A stretch of 61,848 nt of DNA, filler included, from Sphacelaria rigidula (lineage: Eukaryota): assembly GCA_964200075.2 (NCBI GenBank). It is 10 parts of 10 records of this genome, joined end to end, with 100 filler letters (N's around TTAATTAATTAA, not from the genome) between each part and the next. Parts side by side here need not be neighbours in the genome. Positions count along the whole stretch, not along the records: positions 24,781 to 30,875 come from CAXNAA020022262.1; positions 30,976 to 37,070 come from CAXNAA020022263.1; positions 37,171 to 43,265 come from CAXNAA020022264.1; 7 more parts are not named here. The stretch is one strand, 5' to 3'. Position numbers and translations under genes: made by a program. The first letter of the stretch is position 1; the number at the start of each line of letters is the position of its first letter. Positions 26,394-37,900 of the stretch are shown one piece after another. The notes beneath the pieces are model-generated. The model worked only from the letters and a program-made list of their open reading frames with translations. It was not told the origin of the DNA and ran no database searches.

Positions 26394-27504
26394 GTGAATA
26401 TCCGCAACAGTGTACCTTCTGAAGAAGCCAGTGCTTTGGCAGAAACGAAGTGCTATCACAACCCCCCCCCCCGCGCGCTTTTTGATGTTTTTTTCCCCCG
26501 CAGACGAGCCACATGCACTGCTACAAGTAATCCCGTTTACCGTAGAGTCTCGAGGAGATATTTTCAGCGATAGAACTCCCGACGGCGTGGTCACCTTACG
26601 TTTCGAGAGAGTGGCGCTTCGAGTTTCATTTTTTTCTTTTCTTTTCTGCGTAACCTTGAGTACTGATTGGTTTGATCGATTAGTAAAATTGTCGCACTTT
26701 CACTGATCCCCTGAGGAATCTAACCGCGGTCATGAGACACTGTAGACGCTGTCAAGATCAAACGAAACGGAAGCATATGTATGGTGTATCTGCAGTGGTT
26801 GTAGCTTCCCTTCGTCACTTCCGGAATTTTTTTTATCGATCGTGTATTGATATAACCTGTTTTTTGTCGTCATACTTTACCCTCGCTATCCCCCTCCCCC
26901 GTTCTCGGGAGGACGCCGTAGTCTCAACGGATCTGCTCATTTTCCCCCCGGTACGGTACGTGCCCACGCCCAACCTTTTGTGAAGCGTTGGATCATGACT
27001 ATCAGCATTCCCACTGCCTGTCTATTTTCATCGTTATCGCTTTTTGTTGTTGTTGCGAACTCGCGTTCTTGTGCTGTCCACGGCGGAAACGAAATACAGC
27101 CGGGATGCGCACCTGTTACTCCGCCGATTTTTTTATCGCTGAAGCGCGGCGTTTGTGCACATATAACGCCTTTTGCATACAACACATTAGTGTGTCTGTT
27201 TCCTCTTGGCAGGGTAGGCTGAGGAATCCTGACTCCTGCCCAATAGCGCGGTCTCTAGATAGCTGAGTCGCAACTTGCTTCTGTGGTCTTGCTTCTTCTA
27301 GCACGGCCCTATTGCCTGAAGGCCTCTGGTTCACGTGTTGAACGCACGTCGAGAAGCTCAGAGCGAGGATGTACACTGTTTCTCGAGAGATTCGCATAAC
27401 TTGACCACGGATCAGAAATGTCGATATGATGTGTCGGTTGAAAAAAATATCAGCGAAGCGGCTGAATGTCCGAGCTACCCGGAGACCGCGCCACATACTA
27501 TGGG

Positions 27505-27650
27505 AGTTTTTTTTTCTTTTTTTTTTTCTCGCACTTCGAACCCCTCTCCTTCCTCGGGATGCGTCCGTGGTCTCAAGGTATCAAACCATCTCTCGCCCGG
27601 TAAGCGCCTTACATTTTGGTCTCGTGGACTGGGTCAGCACTCCCGCAATG
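27505..27650 (-). mobile_element. 5'-truncated copy (tail only) of the SINE-like family
   Basis: Reverse-complement match to 1549-1686, including poly(A); a more diverged piece lies at ~26890-26926. Confidence 0.7.
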
Positions 27651-27861
27651 GGAGGGGTGCAGGAAAAAAATCAGTACCTCGAACCAGATCGTTGCCTATA
27701 TGCTCTACATGACTCCTGTAGCAGCTGCAGCTGCTTGTGAAGGTCTTCATACATCTTTCATGGAGTAATTTTCTGGTGAAGCCTCAGATTTGCTTTGAAG
27801 GCCGCAAAAGGGGCGGGAAGGGCGGGGGTGGGGGGGTGAGGGGGTGCGGTAGACTTGCCGA

Positions 27862-28271
27862 GCCCCGTTGGTTTTATGGCAGAACTGTCCGCATCAAGGT
27901 GGGGGAAACGCGTGTTCAATTCCTGCCAAATGCGTTCGGGAGTTTTTTTCAAAGCATCTTGATTATTAAGGCTGGAACGAAGCGTTTTCGATTCGTGCCA
28001 CATTCGTCAGGGCGTTTTTCCTCAAAGCATGTGATTTCCGACGTTGGAAGCGTACGGGGGGGAGTAGCCAAATACGTTTGTTTCGTTTGATCATGAACAA
28101 GTTTGTTTAACGGGCGTCGACGCGGTGCGGGAGTACTTGATAGTCATGATCCAATCTGTGACACCAAAATAAAGGCGTGCACCGCGGAGAGATAGGTTGA
28201 TCCCTGGAGACCATTAGACCACGGACTCGTCCCGAGGAAGAGGAAGGGTTGAAAGTGTGACTACGTGAAAA
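27862..28271 (+). mobile_element. Diverged tRNA-headed SINE-like copy in a myosin intron
   Basis: GCCCCGTTGGTTTTATGG head, B-box-like GTGTTCAATTCC, shared 3' body GACCACGGACTCGTCCCGAGGAAG. Confidence 0.6.
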
Positions 28272-28312
28272 ACACAAAAGCAGCTGAGAGAGACATTGGA
28301 ACATGAGTATTG

Positions 28313-28345
<33 letters not shown>
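28313..28345. repeat. (AAT)n microsatellite
   Basis: Seen directly. Confidence 0.95.
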
Positions 28346-28987
28346 TCAACAATGATATTAATAATAGTAATGGTGACCCCGGTGTTGGTGCGTATTTTGA
28401 GACGGAAACTCCGCGAGAGAAGCACACAACTACGATCAACCTCGAAAGCAGGTTCAGGCTACGTCAGAAAATCTAGATCTTCAACCAAATTTTCAATTTT
28501 TATTTGTTTGGACCACGGGGTAAGTCGTTTTACTTCTACAGCACATGCGTACGTACGTGCTCGCTGCTACGAGACTGCTCCGAGAGAGGAAACCCCGTCT
28601 TTCTACGTATGTCTCGTGTTGATATTGAAATGCATAAAGAAGTAGTTTACACCAAGCGGTAATAGATGCCTGGCTCTCTTGCAGTATTGCAAAGCTTCTC
28701 AGTTATCATGGTTGTGTTGTGGGCCTATTTTTCGAAATCTTACCTCAAAGTCCGTGGTTACCTACCTTTGTCGTCCTGTTTTGTGTTCGGCCAGTGGTGT
28801 ACATTCAATGAAGTGTCCAATACATTGCCATCAGAAGCTAACTCATGACTCATGCAGAATTCCGAAGCTATAAGACCTTCCACGACATCGCACTGTTTCG
28901 ACCGATCATTTCATCCCTTCAGATTTCGTCGGTACCTGTGTTGTCTTGTTCTCGAATCCCCTGTGGTGCATGCGTGCGTGTGTGTAG

Positions 28988-29099
28988 CCTGGACAATGTT
29001 TGCGCGGAGCCCGATCCAAGCGACACTCGCTATGTATACGGCCTCCACAAGATGTACTCCAGGCACCCCGGCTTTCCTAGGACCGCGCCGCAGCACATG
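28988..29099 (+). CDS. Myosin motor domain, next exon
   Basis: AG|..|GTGAGT; phase matches the previous exon (AG+C=Ser); SLDNVCAEPDPSDTRYVYGLHKMYSRHPGFPRTAPQHM. Confidence 0.9.
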
Positions 29100-30287
29100 G
29101 TGAGTCAGCCCCGCACGCGAGAGGTAAACAACATGCCCTGTTAATTGCTTTGTTGAACGCCACCGCTCACCTCCTTTTTCGCTCAAATCGTGGACCTCGT
29201 GGTAGCTGGTTGATTTGTTTCACAGCTAGTTGAGCGAGAGCTCAATTGCGCCCGAAGCCAGCAAACAGGCTGCGTGCGACAGTGAAAGATCGCTAGATCG
29301 TCCGTGATATCTCTGTTCCTTTTACGCCCGGTGGCATTTCTTTTTCTTTTTCGTGTTTGTTGTTGCGTGACATCGCCTCAAGCTATCCATTATTTGGTGC
29401 TCTGTGTTTGGTTACCGATAGCTGTCCAGGGCGTGGGATTGTCGTTTCCCAATCACTAGACGGGAGCGTCTATGCGGCCGTGCTGTGTGCTGGTTGGCAC
29501 ATGGGAAGCAGGCGGAAGCTGTGTATTGCTTTGTGGTACTACAAAGCAGTGCTGGTTGATTGATTGTCGGCGTCTTCTGCATATGCATACGTAGTGTATC
29601 GCAAAAGATGGCAGGTACTCGTCGCTGTACTCGGCAAAGCTCGTGCAGTGCTTGCTCGCTCCCCGTCTCTCTTGTATGAAATCTTGGCAGCACCGGAGAT
29701 GTGCGGAGCGTTGCACCATATTCATGTGTAGACAAGATGAGTAAAACTCTGCGTTCTCGAGCACACTATGCTTCCGACAGAAAACTGGCTGCAGTATTGT
29801 GGGAGCTGGGTGAGTGCTCCAGTTGTGGAGTCCGGGTTCCGTGGATGTACTGCAGTAGTGTGGGGCGCATACATGAAGGTTGATTGTCCTACTATACGGA
29901 GAGTGAGCCTCGTGATTTTTGGGGACCAGACAGCTAGGGAAACTGTTGGTCGTGGAGAATGACCTCTCGTGGGCGTTGCATAAGGGCCCGGGATCACCAG
30001 AGATTTCAAGAAAGTCAGGAATGTTGCTTGTCACGTGAAAAAAAAAAAAGAGAAAATGAAGAGACAAAAAATGAAAGGGAGAATCAGAAAATACCTTGAT
30101 GAATAAAAAACGGTCAAGTTGATTGCTCCTCACGCAGATGAGGATTCAGCTAGGTGACAAGACACAAAGCAAAGCCGGAGTGTTTCCGGTCCATGCTGGG
30201 TGTGGACATGCTATGCATACACCTATCGTCCCCCCTTCCCCACTTGCTTTGTTTTTCTTCCATGGCCCTCTGCATGTTTACGTCTAG

Positions 30288-30413
30288 CGCGATTGTTTCT
30301 GGGTGAAACATTACGCCGGGAAGGTTAAATACACGGTGGAGGGCTGGGTGGAGAGGAATATGGACCATGTGCCGCACTCGTTCCACGACACCTTGCAATC
30401 CAGCTCGCTGCAT
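30288..30413 (+). CDS. Myosin motor domain, third exon
   Basis: AG|..|GTGAGA, phase 0; RDCFWVKHYAGKVKYTVEGWVERNMD (HYAG-V-Y motif). Confidence 0.92.
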
Positions 30414-30805
30414 GTGAGAAGGCGTTTTCTTTGTTGTCACGGCTACACTACTCCACACTGCTGTACCGTCTGTCAGCCTCATGCATGCTTGAATATGACA
30501 CGTGAGGGAGGAGAAAAAACAGCACAACAAGAATAACACATGGACAAGTTCGGTTTTAAATTGTACTGACTGCTGTTTACAAGTAGGCCAGTGCGTGGCG
30601 TTTCAAGCATGTTGGAAACAGCAAGAACGAAAAGCTCGCGCTACACCTTCTGTCATTGAAAATCAGAAGTACCCTAAAAATGGAACGCGTACATATGTAC
30701 ACGTATACATGTAGAGAGGGAGAGAGAGATACGAAAAAGTGATGAGTCTTGGACAAGCACTTGTGTTATCCCCCCCCCCCTCCCCACGCTCCGTCCCCTC
30801 CCCAC

Positions 30806-30875
30806 GCTCCGTCTCGAAAGGGATGCGTGGTCAATGGTCAAACGACTAAGGCAAGCAACAAATGAGTACGCCCCC
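30806..30875 (+). mobile_element. 3' end of the poly(C)-ended LINE
   Basis: GCTCCGTCTCGAAAGGGATGCG...AAATGAGTACGCCCCCC, with C-runs on both sides. Confidence 0.85.
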
Positions 30876-31018
30876 NNNNNNNNNNNNNNNNNNNNNNNNN
30901 NNNNNNNNNNNNNNNNNNNTTAATTAATTAANNNNNNNNNNNNNNNNNNNNNNNNNNNNNNNNNNNNNNNNNNNNGGCAGATGCCGAGGCTGGGCCGTTT
31001 TTTAAGTTTGTCTAAAAT

Positions 31019-31678
31019 TTGAGGCTGATTTTCTTACTGACACGTGTACTAGCGGGCCGGTACTGTATAGCATCGGAAAAATCCAAAAGATTTCGGATTC
31101 GAGGCGACATCTCATTTAAACGATACGACATTCATTGCGAGCACATGAATGACTGGCACCATGCCGATTGCGTAGAAATGCGATTTAGGGTAAGCACAAA
31201 AGGCGATCAGGGTCGGAAAGGGGCGGTGCTGCTCAGATCACGCATTCGTATTCCAGGAACAATGCAGCCACAGACGGTGGGTAGTTTATTGGCTTATGCT
31301 CGGCTTATGCACCCAACTCTAAGCGCGGAAGTACCTTTGGTGGCGTACCCATCAGGAGCAACATGGACAGTATGGACGCGCAGTCAGACCACATTCACTT
31401 TGAGGACATTGGTTCAATATCAAGGTTTACATCCGCTCGAGTACGCTTTACATTCTGGGCGAATTGGAGGAGCTAGCAGACTAGCGGCAGCAGGTTTACA
31501 GCCGGCAGTCATTCAGAGAGGGGGGCGCTGGCGTAGTGGGGCATTTGTAACTACCTTCGAGCCAACCTCAAAGACTCGGGAGCAGTATCCAAAGCTTTGG
31601 CAGAAGAAGATGTATTCGCCGGAGGTATCCAGCCCAGTTAAGGTACAGTGTGGGGTGACGGTAGCGACCGAGCACTAA
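31019..31678 (+). pseudogene. Tyrosine recombinase C-terminal half of a DIRS/Ngaro-type retrotransposon
   Basis: STKGDQGRKG; YALHSGRIGGA (H-x-x-R); GRWRSGAF; a frameshift at ~31550 displaces the catalytic Tyr (YLRAN in another frame). Confidence 0.85.
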
Positions 31679-31874
31679 TAATGCGGGGTGGCCAGAATGA
31701 TCATATTCCAAGGAGTGGTACATTCCAAGGTTGTGTTGTGTGAGGTACGGGGACGTTCTGTAGGGTATGAGATTCCTTACAGAACTTACAGAACCGTCGG
31801 TAACCGGTAACACTTTCTACGATAGCCCCCCCCCCAAAAGTGCATGGCTTTGGGAGGCAAAATCTTCACGTAAA

Positions 31875-32316
31875 AACACGGGATCTTACAAATTGGGGAT
31901 GGATCTTTTATTGGAGATGGGAAACCCGGAGAATTAAAATCTTCGTATCCACACCGAATCTTCGAAATACGCTTCCACTTCTTCACCTACTGATAGCTAT
32001 TGACAACTACAACACGTCATACAAATTTGGATCTCGATAACTGAAATGTTGGGGTCCTAGTTGAAAAACCAATGTTGGGGAATTTCGGGTGTCTAACGGA
32101 CACCAAAACGGTTTCGAAAATGTTTTTTCACTGAGGACCCCAACATTTCGGAGATCAAAATCCAATTTCTATGGCGTGTAGCAGTTGTCAATACCTATCA
32201 GTAGGTGAAGAAATGGGACCATATGTCGAAGATTCGGTGTAGATACGAAGATTTTTATCCGCCGGGTTTCTCATCCCCAATAAAAGATCCATCCCCAACT
32301 TGTAAGATTCTGTGTT
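31875..32316. mobile_element. Second full copy of the AACACGGG foldback element (442 bp), TSD TAAA
   Basis: taaa|AACACGGG...CTGTGTT|taaa; colinear with 1848-2290. Confidence 0.9.
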
Positions 32317-32399
32317 TAAATCGAAATGGGAAAAGCCGAGCACAACGAGAAGCTGGGAATTCCCACGCTTGGGTTCGTTCTCGCCGATGTCGCCCATAT

Positions 32400-35300
32400 G
32401 AGACGCTTCGTCTCGTTAAGATATCTTAGCACTTTCACCACCGTTCGCCATTTCCTCTCGTACGGGTCATGCGACTGGCGAGCGAGCGCTCGTACCGATT
32501 TGCGATGTCGGGTCTGGTGACTGTTGCCAGCCACATCAGCCCCCCCAATGCGTTACCGTATGGGCAATTCACCTTTGTGTCTTCGCCTGTAGTCGGTCCC
32601 AACTTGATAGAAACAGAGGCAGGGATTTCCGAGTACCCCCTCACCTCAAAACGCTTCAGGAGCGTGTCCGTGAACGTGGTTTGCGTCACGGATAGCATGC
32701 CTCTATCCCAGTCTCTATCCACTGCGCACCCCATGTACTAGGTGGCCTTTCCGAGATTGTTCGTGGGTAACTTTTTGTTCACGATTTTGCCCACCTTTCG
32801 CACGCTTTCTTCAGAATCACTGATAAGAATGTTGTCCACACGGACAACTAAAATCACATGTACGTCTCCTGCATCCTCCGTCCTGAAAACACATGGGTCA
32901 GCCTCACACTGCACCATCCCGACATCCTTCAGTAAAGTTTGGCACAAAAGACGAGGTCGCTGCCTGTCCGCTTGCTTGATCCCGTAAAAAGATTTTTCCA
33001 GCTTCACGGTCATGTCTGTCAAGACGGAGCAACCTTCAGGCAACCTCATGTACACGTCGGTATCCATCTCTGCTTGAACGAAAGCCTGTGTCACGTCAAA
33101 ATGATACAGCGGCCACTCTTCCTGAACTGCCACTGCCATGACCAGTGTGATGGAGGCCATGGAGGGCGTTGCCGCGAAAGTCTCGAAATAGTCGACTGCA
33201 AAACGTTGTCCGAATCCTCGTGCTACCAACCTTGCCTTTACCTTCGTTACAGTACCATCTGCGTCAGTTTTTCAACTAAAAACCCACTTCGCTGAAATCA
33301 CATTTACTCCTTCCGATACAGGGCCAGTCGAAAATGCTCCAGCCTTTTCATGACCCCCCGGTTCGGCCTACATCGCGCCTAACCATGCGTCTCGAAACTC
33401 TGATTTTGCTATGTCGTCCATACTGGTGGGTGCTGCCTCTATTTCGCTTACATGTAGGCCAACCGGTGGACACAAACCGAATTCAGGCTGCCCTACTATG
33501 TTTTCCTCAGCAACAAAACAAAAAAAACACGTTTTTGGCTAACTCGTTTTGCGTTGAGGCGATCGCGTCTTGTCCGGCCACCTGTCCTGTTGCCGCGGTG
33601 ATCATCTCCATGGTTGAGCTTTTGTCCTCGGCCATTCCTGCCAGCGCCATCTCCGCTTCCTTTTTGCTCTCCTCCGCTCCGCTAGCTACCAGCGTTTCGC
33701 CTCGTGTGTGTGCCGACCCCATGGCCTCGCGCGTTTGGCTTCTCACTCGAGCTTTCCATTCTTTCCTCACTCACTCCCTGGCCTTGATCGACGCTGGAAT
33801 CCTTCAGCTCGCCCGGCGTCTGGATCGCTTGCTGTAGTGTGCGGGGGGGGGGAACGGACGGACGTGCCCATGTCACATATGTCTTGTCATGGTGATAGTT
33901 CCTCGTACAGTCAAAACTCGCATCGCGTCACGTGGGTAGCCTGGGGCTGGGCTCAAGTGCCAGCATTTTTCGACCTTCGGCTGTAATCTATATGTCCGCT
34001 TCCTCCTACATAACCCAGGTTTCAAGAACGGAATGAGATCACCGTCCGGTGGTGATCCATACCACATCTCATGCGGTGATTTGTGGTTCGGGTTAGCCGA
34101 GGTAGCGGTACAGTTCAGGGCGTGACACGCCCAGTTTGCCTGCTCAGCCCACAGGTTGTCACCATTTGGGATGCGCTCATCTGGGTACAACTCAGATGCT
34201 TGGATTCTGGCCTCAAGGCCAGCTGTTTCGATGATACCCAACGCTCGCTCTACAACACCGATAAACTGGGGTGAGTCGGCAGTTGTCTTCTCCTGTTTGA
34301 TCTTTGCCCTGTCGCACAGTTCACCAAATGCACCCTCCGAGAATTCACCCCCGTCATCGCTACGGACTATCTCAACTTTTTTCGGAGAGACCCATGCAAT
34401 GTATTTCACAAAGTATCTCTCTACCTCATCCTTCTTCCGGAGAAAGTACAGCTTTGTGTGCCGTGAGTGATCATCTCGGACTATCATCGTGTACGACTTT
34501 TCCCCGTAAGACTTGACTGGTTTCGGCCCGGAAAGATCTACAAACACCCTAGACGCTGACTTAGCTACTCTCGTGTGCGTCGATCTTGGAATCGACGCCC
34601 GCAGTCCCTTCACCTCTGAGCAGTCGCGGCAGGGCTGTAGCTCCCCAAGTAGCTGGTTTCCCTGCTGCTTCGCCGTCTTTCGCAGTAAGTCCTCGTGGAC
34701 GTGGGCGTGGGCACAGTGGTATTCGTTCATGTCAGCGATCTGGGGGCTAGGCGAAGCCCCGGGGCAATAACAGCATATGCCGGAGCACACTTGTCATTCC
34801 CACTTTGGTGGAGGCGGCGGGCGTGCATTTTCAGTTGACGTAGTCGTCCGGGTATTTTCAGTTTTTTGCCTGAATTGAGATCTACCCTGAAACCTGCACG
34901 AAAACCAGCGTAGGTGTGTCCCATGTTTTGGACCCTCGTGGGTGACAAGAGGTGATGACGGACACCAGGTACGTGGTCAACATCCATTAATTTGAGGGTC
35001 ACATCCTGTCCGTCAGATCTAAAGGCAAGAGACAAGAATCCTCTACCTACGATCGGGTAAGTACTACCTCCCGCGCACCGTAGTACCCTACCCTTGCACT
35101 CTCTGTACCCCGTCATCCCATGGAAATCGTGGGAGAAGTGCTGGGTAGGCCCCGTGTCAAATATCCACGGTTCGTCCTCACCCTGCTGACTATCACCCCC
35201 CGCTTAACACTCAATGCATACTCGCCTGTGTCGCCGTTGATGGTGGTGTCGAGAGAGGTGAAAGCCTCCCCGTCCGCCACCGAACAAATGGAGGAGCTGT

Positions 35301-36781
35301 CGCTATCGTCGGCCGCGCCCATCGCCATCACCACGTCTTCTTTCTTCGCTGTCGATCTCGGACAGTCCCACAACGTGTGCCCCTGCTGACCGCACCTCCC
35401 GCAGTATCTCTTCGGGCAGTTCCTGTCTCGGTGTGTCGTGTCCTCGTCGCAAACGTGGCAGCGGAGCAGCTGCCCATTCGCCGGTTTGCCGTCCGACGAT
35501 GCCGACCCAGAGCTACTTGAACTCTGGCTCCCGCCGTTTCTCTGACCAGAGCCCTGGGGTTTTCCTGGTTTTCTCTCGCGGTGTGCACCGCTCGGTTTTC
35601 CGGTCCCACCTTTGGTAAGGAGGGCTTGGTCGCCCGGGGATGACTTTTTTCCCCGGGCAAGTCCCTGCTTCAAAGGTGTGGATTCGAAGCGCTTTCGGAC
35701 CCAAGTTAGCACAACCTCCCGTGCCAGCGGCCCCTCTCGATCCTCCAGCAACTACTTCTGAATGTGATACTCGAAGGGCAATGCGTTGAGGTATTTCAAG
35801 AAGATGTGGTTTTCGCTTAGTGGTTGGTGCTCCTCGTATGTGTTCAGGTTACGTGCAATTTCCTCCATCTCGAGCAGCTTCTGCTCTGGATAATCACAAA
35901 CACCAATCTTGACTCCATCGGACTTTTCCATCAAAGCGGTTCTCGCCTCATTTGTTTTGGGGCGAAAGACATCCTCGAGTTTTCTCCAGACCGCACCAGG
36001 TGAGGGGACCCTGAGCAAAATATCTTGCTCCCTCTTTCCTTCTGAACTAGCAACAAGCATCCGTGTCGCCCTCACATGGGCTGCCACTGTGTCCTTCCCG
36101 TGTCTACTTTCCAGATACCCCAGTGCTAATTCAGGGTCACCGACATCTACGTCGTGCGAACTATCGCCGGCCATGGTAAACATCCAGTCAATTCCCTCGC
36201 CCCTCGCGAAGTTGACCAACCCATGTCTGTACCGAGCATTATCAGCGTTGTTCCCTGAACATTTTGGGACGTTCTGTCGAAAAACGGGAACCCCTAACAC
36301 ATTTCCACCTGAATCGTTGACTAGGATTGACTCACGTACGGGGACAAAGCCCCTATAGCTCCGTCACTTGTGGCCTCGTTGTCCACTGCGTCGCGCGCTC
36401 CTTCCTCTGGAACAGCTTGACTCTCGATGTACCGTCGGTCTCTTCGAACTCCGGCACCATGTCGCTCTGCTGTTCTGTTCGTGTTGAATTCCCCCTGTTT
36501 ACTATGGGAACCATCACTATTGAGGACGCCATTGGTTTTTGCGCCCCCGGCCCCACTCACTGCCCTCATATCGTCCATGTTGCTCTGTAAGGCAGCTTGG
36601 TTTAACTGCAAATCACCCTGCTCACCGACTACCTTGATCTGCCAGTTTGCCCAAACGGTTGTAACACTGGTGTATTCCGTGGCCCGTGGCGAAGGATATA
36701 TAGTTTTATCTTCTATATTATTGGAGAGTACCTTGACGGAGTCGACCCTATGATAGAAGGATCAGATGTGGAGTGGGCTCA
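32400..36781 (-). mobile_element. Decayed Ty1/Copia element (gag, PR, IN, RT; truncated before RNase H)
   Basis: Knuckles CHVCDEDTTHRDRNC and CGRCGQQGHTLWDC; WIFDTG; YHCAHAHVHE; RVFVDLSGP, IVRSDDGGEF; LVARGFGQR, HFDVTQAF, VTRPDIAN; many frameshifts; PBS remnant TGAGCCC near 36775-36781. Confidence 0.92.
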
Positions 36782-37629
36782 GGTGGCAGCGCAGCAGCCG
36801 GCCTGAGCGTGGTACTGTAGTCACACATACTTGACTACCAGTACCCGTGCGTCGGCATAAATCTATCCGCACATGTGCATGTTCACTCAGTGTATCCGTT
36901 CACATGAACAGAGACCGGGAGTGCATAAGAGGCACATAGTTGCGTCATAACACAGGCGGTGGTGTTATTGTCGACCACCTGATTATTGCGCCTCATGTTT
37001 TTGCTGTGCAGTCTGTAATGTATCGTGCCGCGGCTGCACGTGCGGTCTGCAGCGTACTGGATCTTACAGTNNNNNNNNNNNNNNNNNNNNNNNNNNNNNN
37101 NNNNNNNNNNNNNNTTAATTAATTAANNNNNNNNNNNNNNNNNNNNNNNNNNNNNNNNNNNNNNNNNNNNGTATTCATCGTCTAATCAAGGGGAAGATGA
37201 CCATCTGCTCAAAAGTTTGGGCCCATATTTTCTCGTTGATTAAATTTCATGTCCAGTAATTCCCATACCTAAGGGAGATAGCGCCAACACTAAAATCTTC
37301 ATGAAACTCCCGATCGATGCATTCAGCGGGTGGCGACGAATTTTGGTTTGGAGAACCACAAAAGAGTGCCGAATAAAAAAAAATGGGCCTTCATTTTTTT
37401 CAATTTTTTTTCATAGAGGTTAGGGCGTTCTCGTGAAGAAATGGTCTTCACCATAATAGAACGCCCTAAACCGGTGAAAAAACTTGAAAAAAATCAACCT
37501 GACCCCTTCTTTTTTGTTGAATATGCCTTAGAGAGCGCCCATACCAAATTTCAATGCACGAAAACCAAACGCGGGCCGGTGAGTGGCCTGCGAAATACTG
37601 TTCCGAATTTCTACCGACCCGGTTTTTGA

Positions 37630-37900
37630 TAGGCCTATGCTTTTTTATACATTTAGAGTTGGACCCTGAAATTTGGTATGGACGGTGCATAGGGCATAAA
37701 CAAAAAATTACTGGAGTACCAAAAGTTTTTTTTTTCGAGTTAAGGGCAATAACCGGTTTTCAGGTATCAGTAAAATGCCCCTAACCCGAAGAAGGAAAAA
37801 AGTCTTTTGGTACCGAAGTAATTTTTTTTTCATGCCTTATGCATTGTCCATACCAAATTTCAGGGCCCAACTCTTCATGTATAAAAGAGCATGGGCCTGC
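37630..37900. repeat. Imperfect inverted repeat (~120-bp arms, ~27-nt spacer)
   Basis: GAGTTGGACCCTGAAATTTGGTATGGAC vs GTCCATACCAAATTTCAGGGCCCAACTC, and flanking sequence. Confidence 0.8.
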
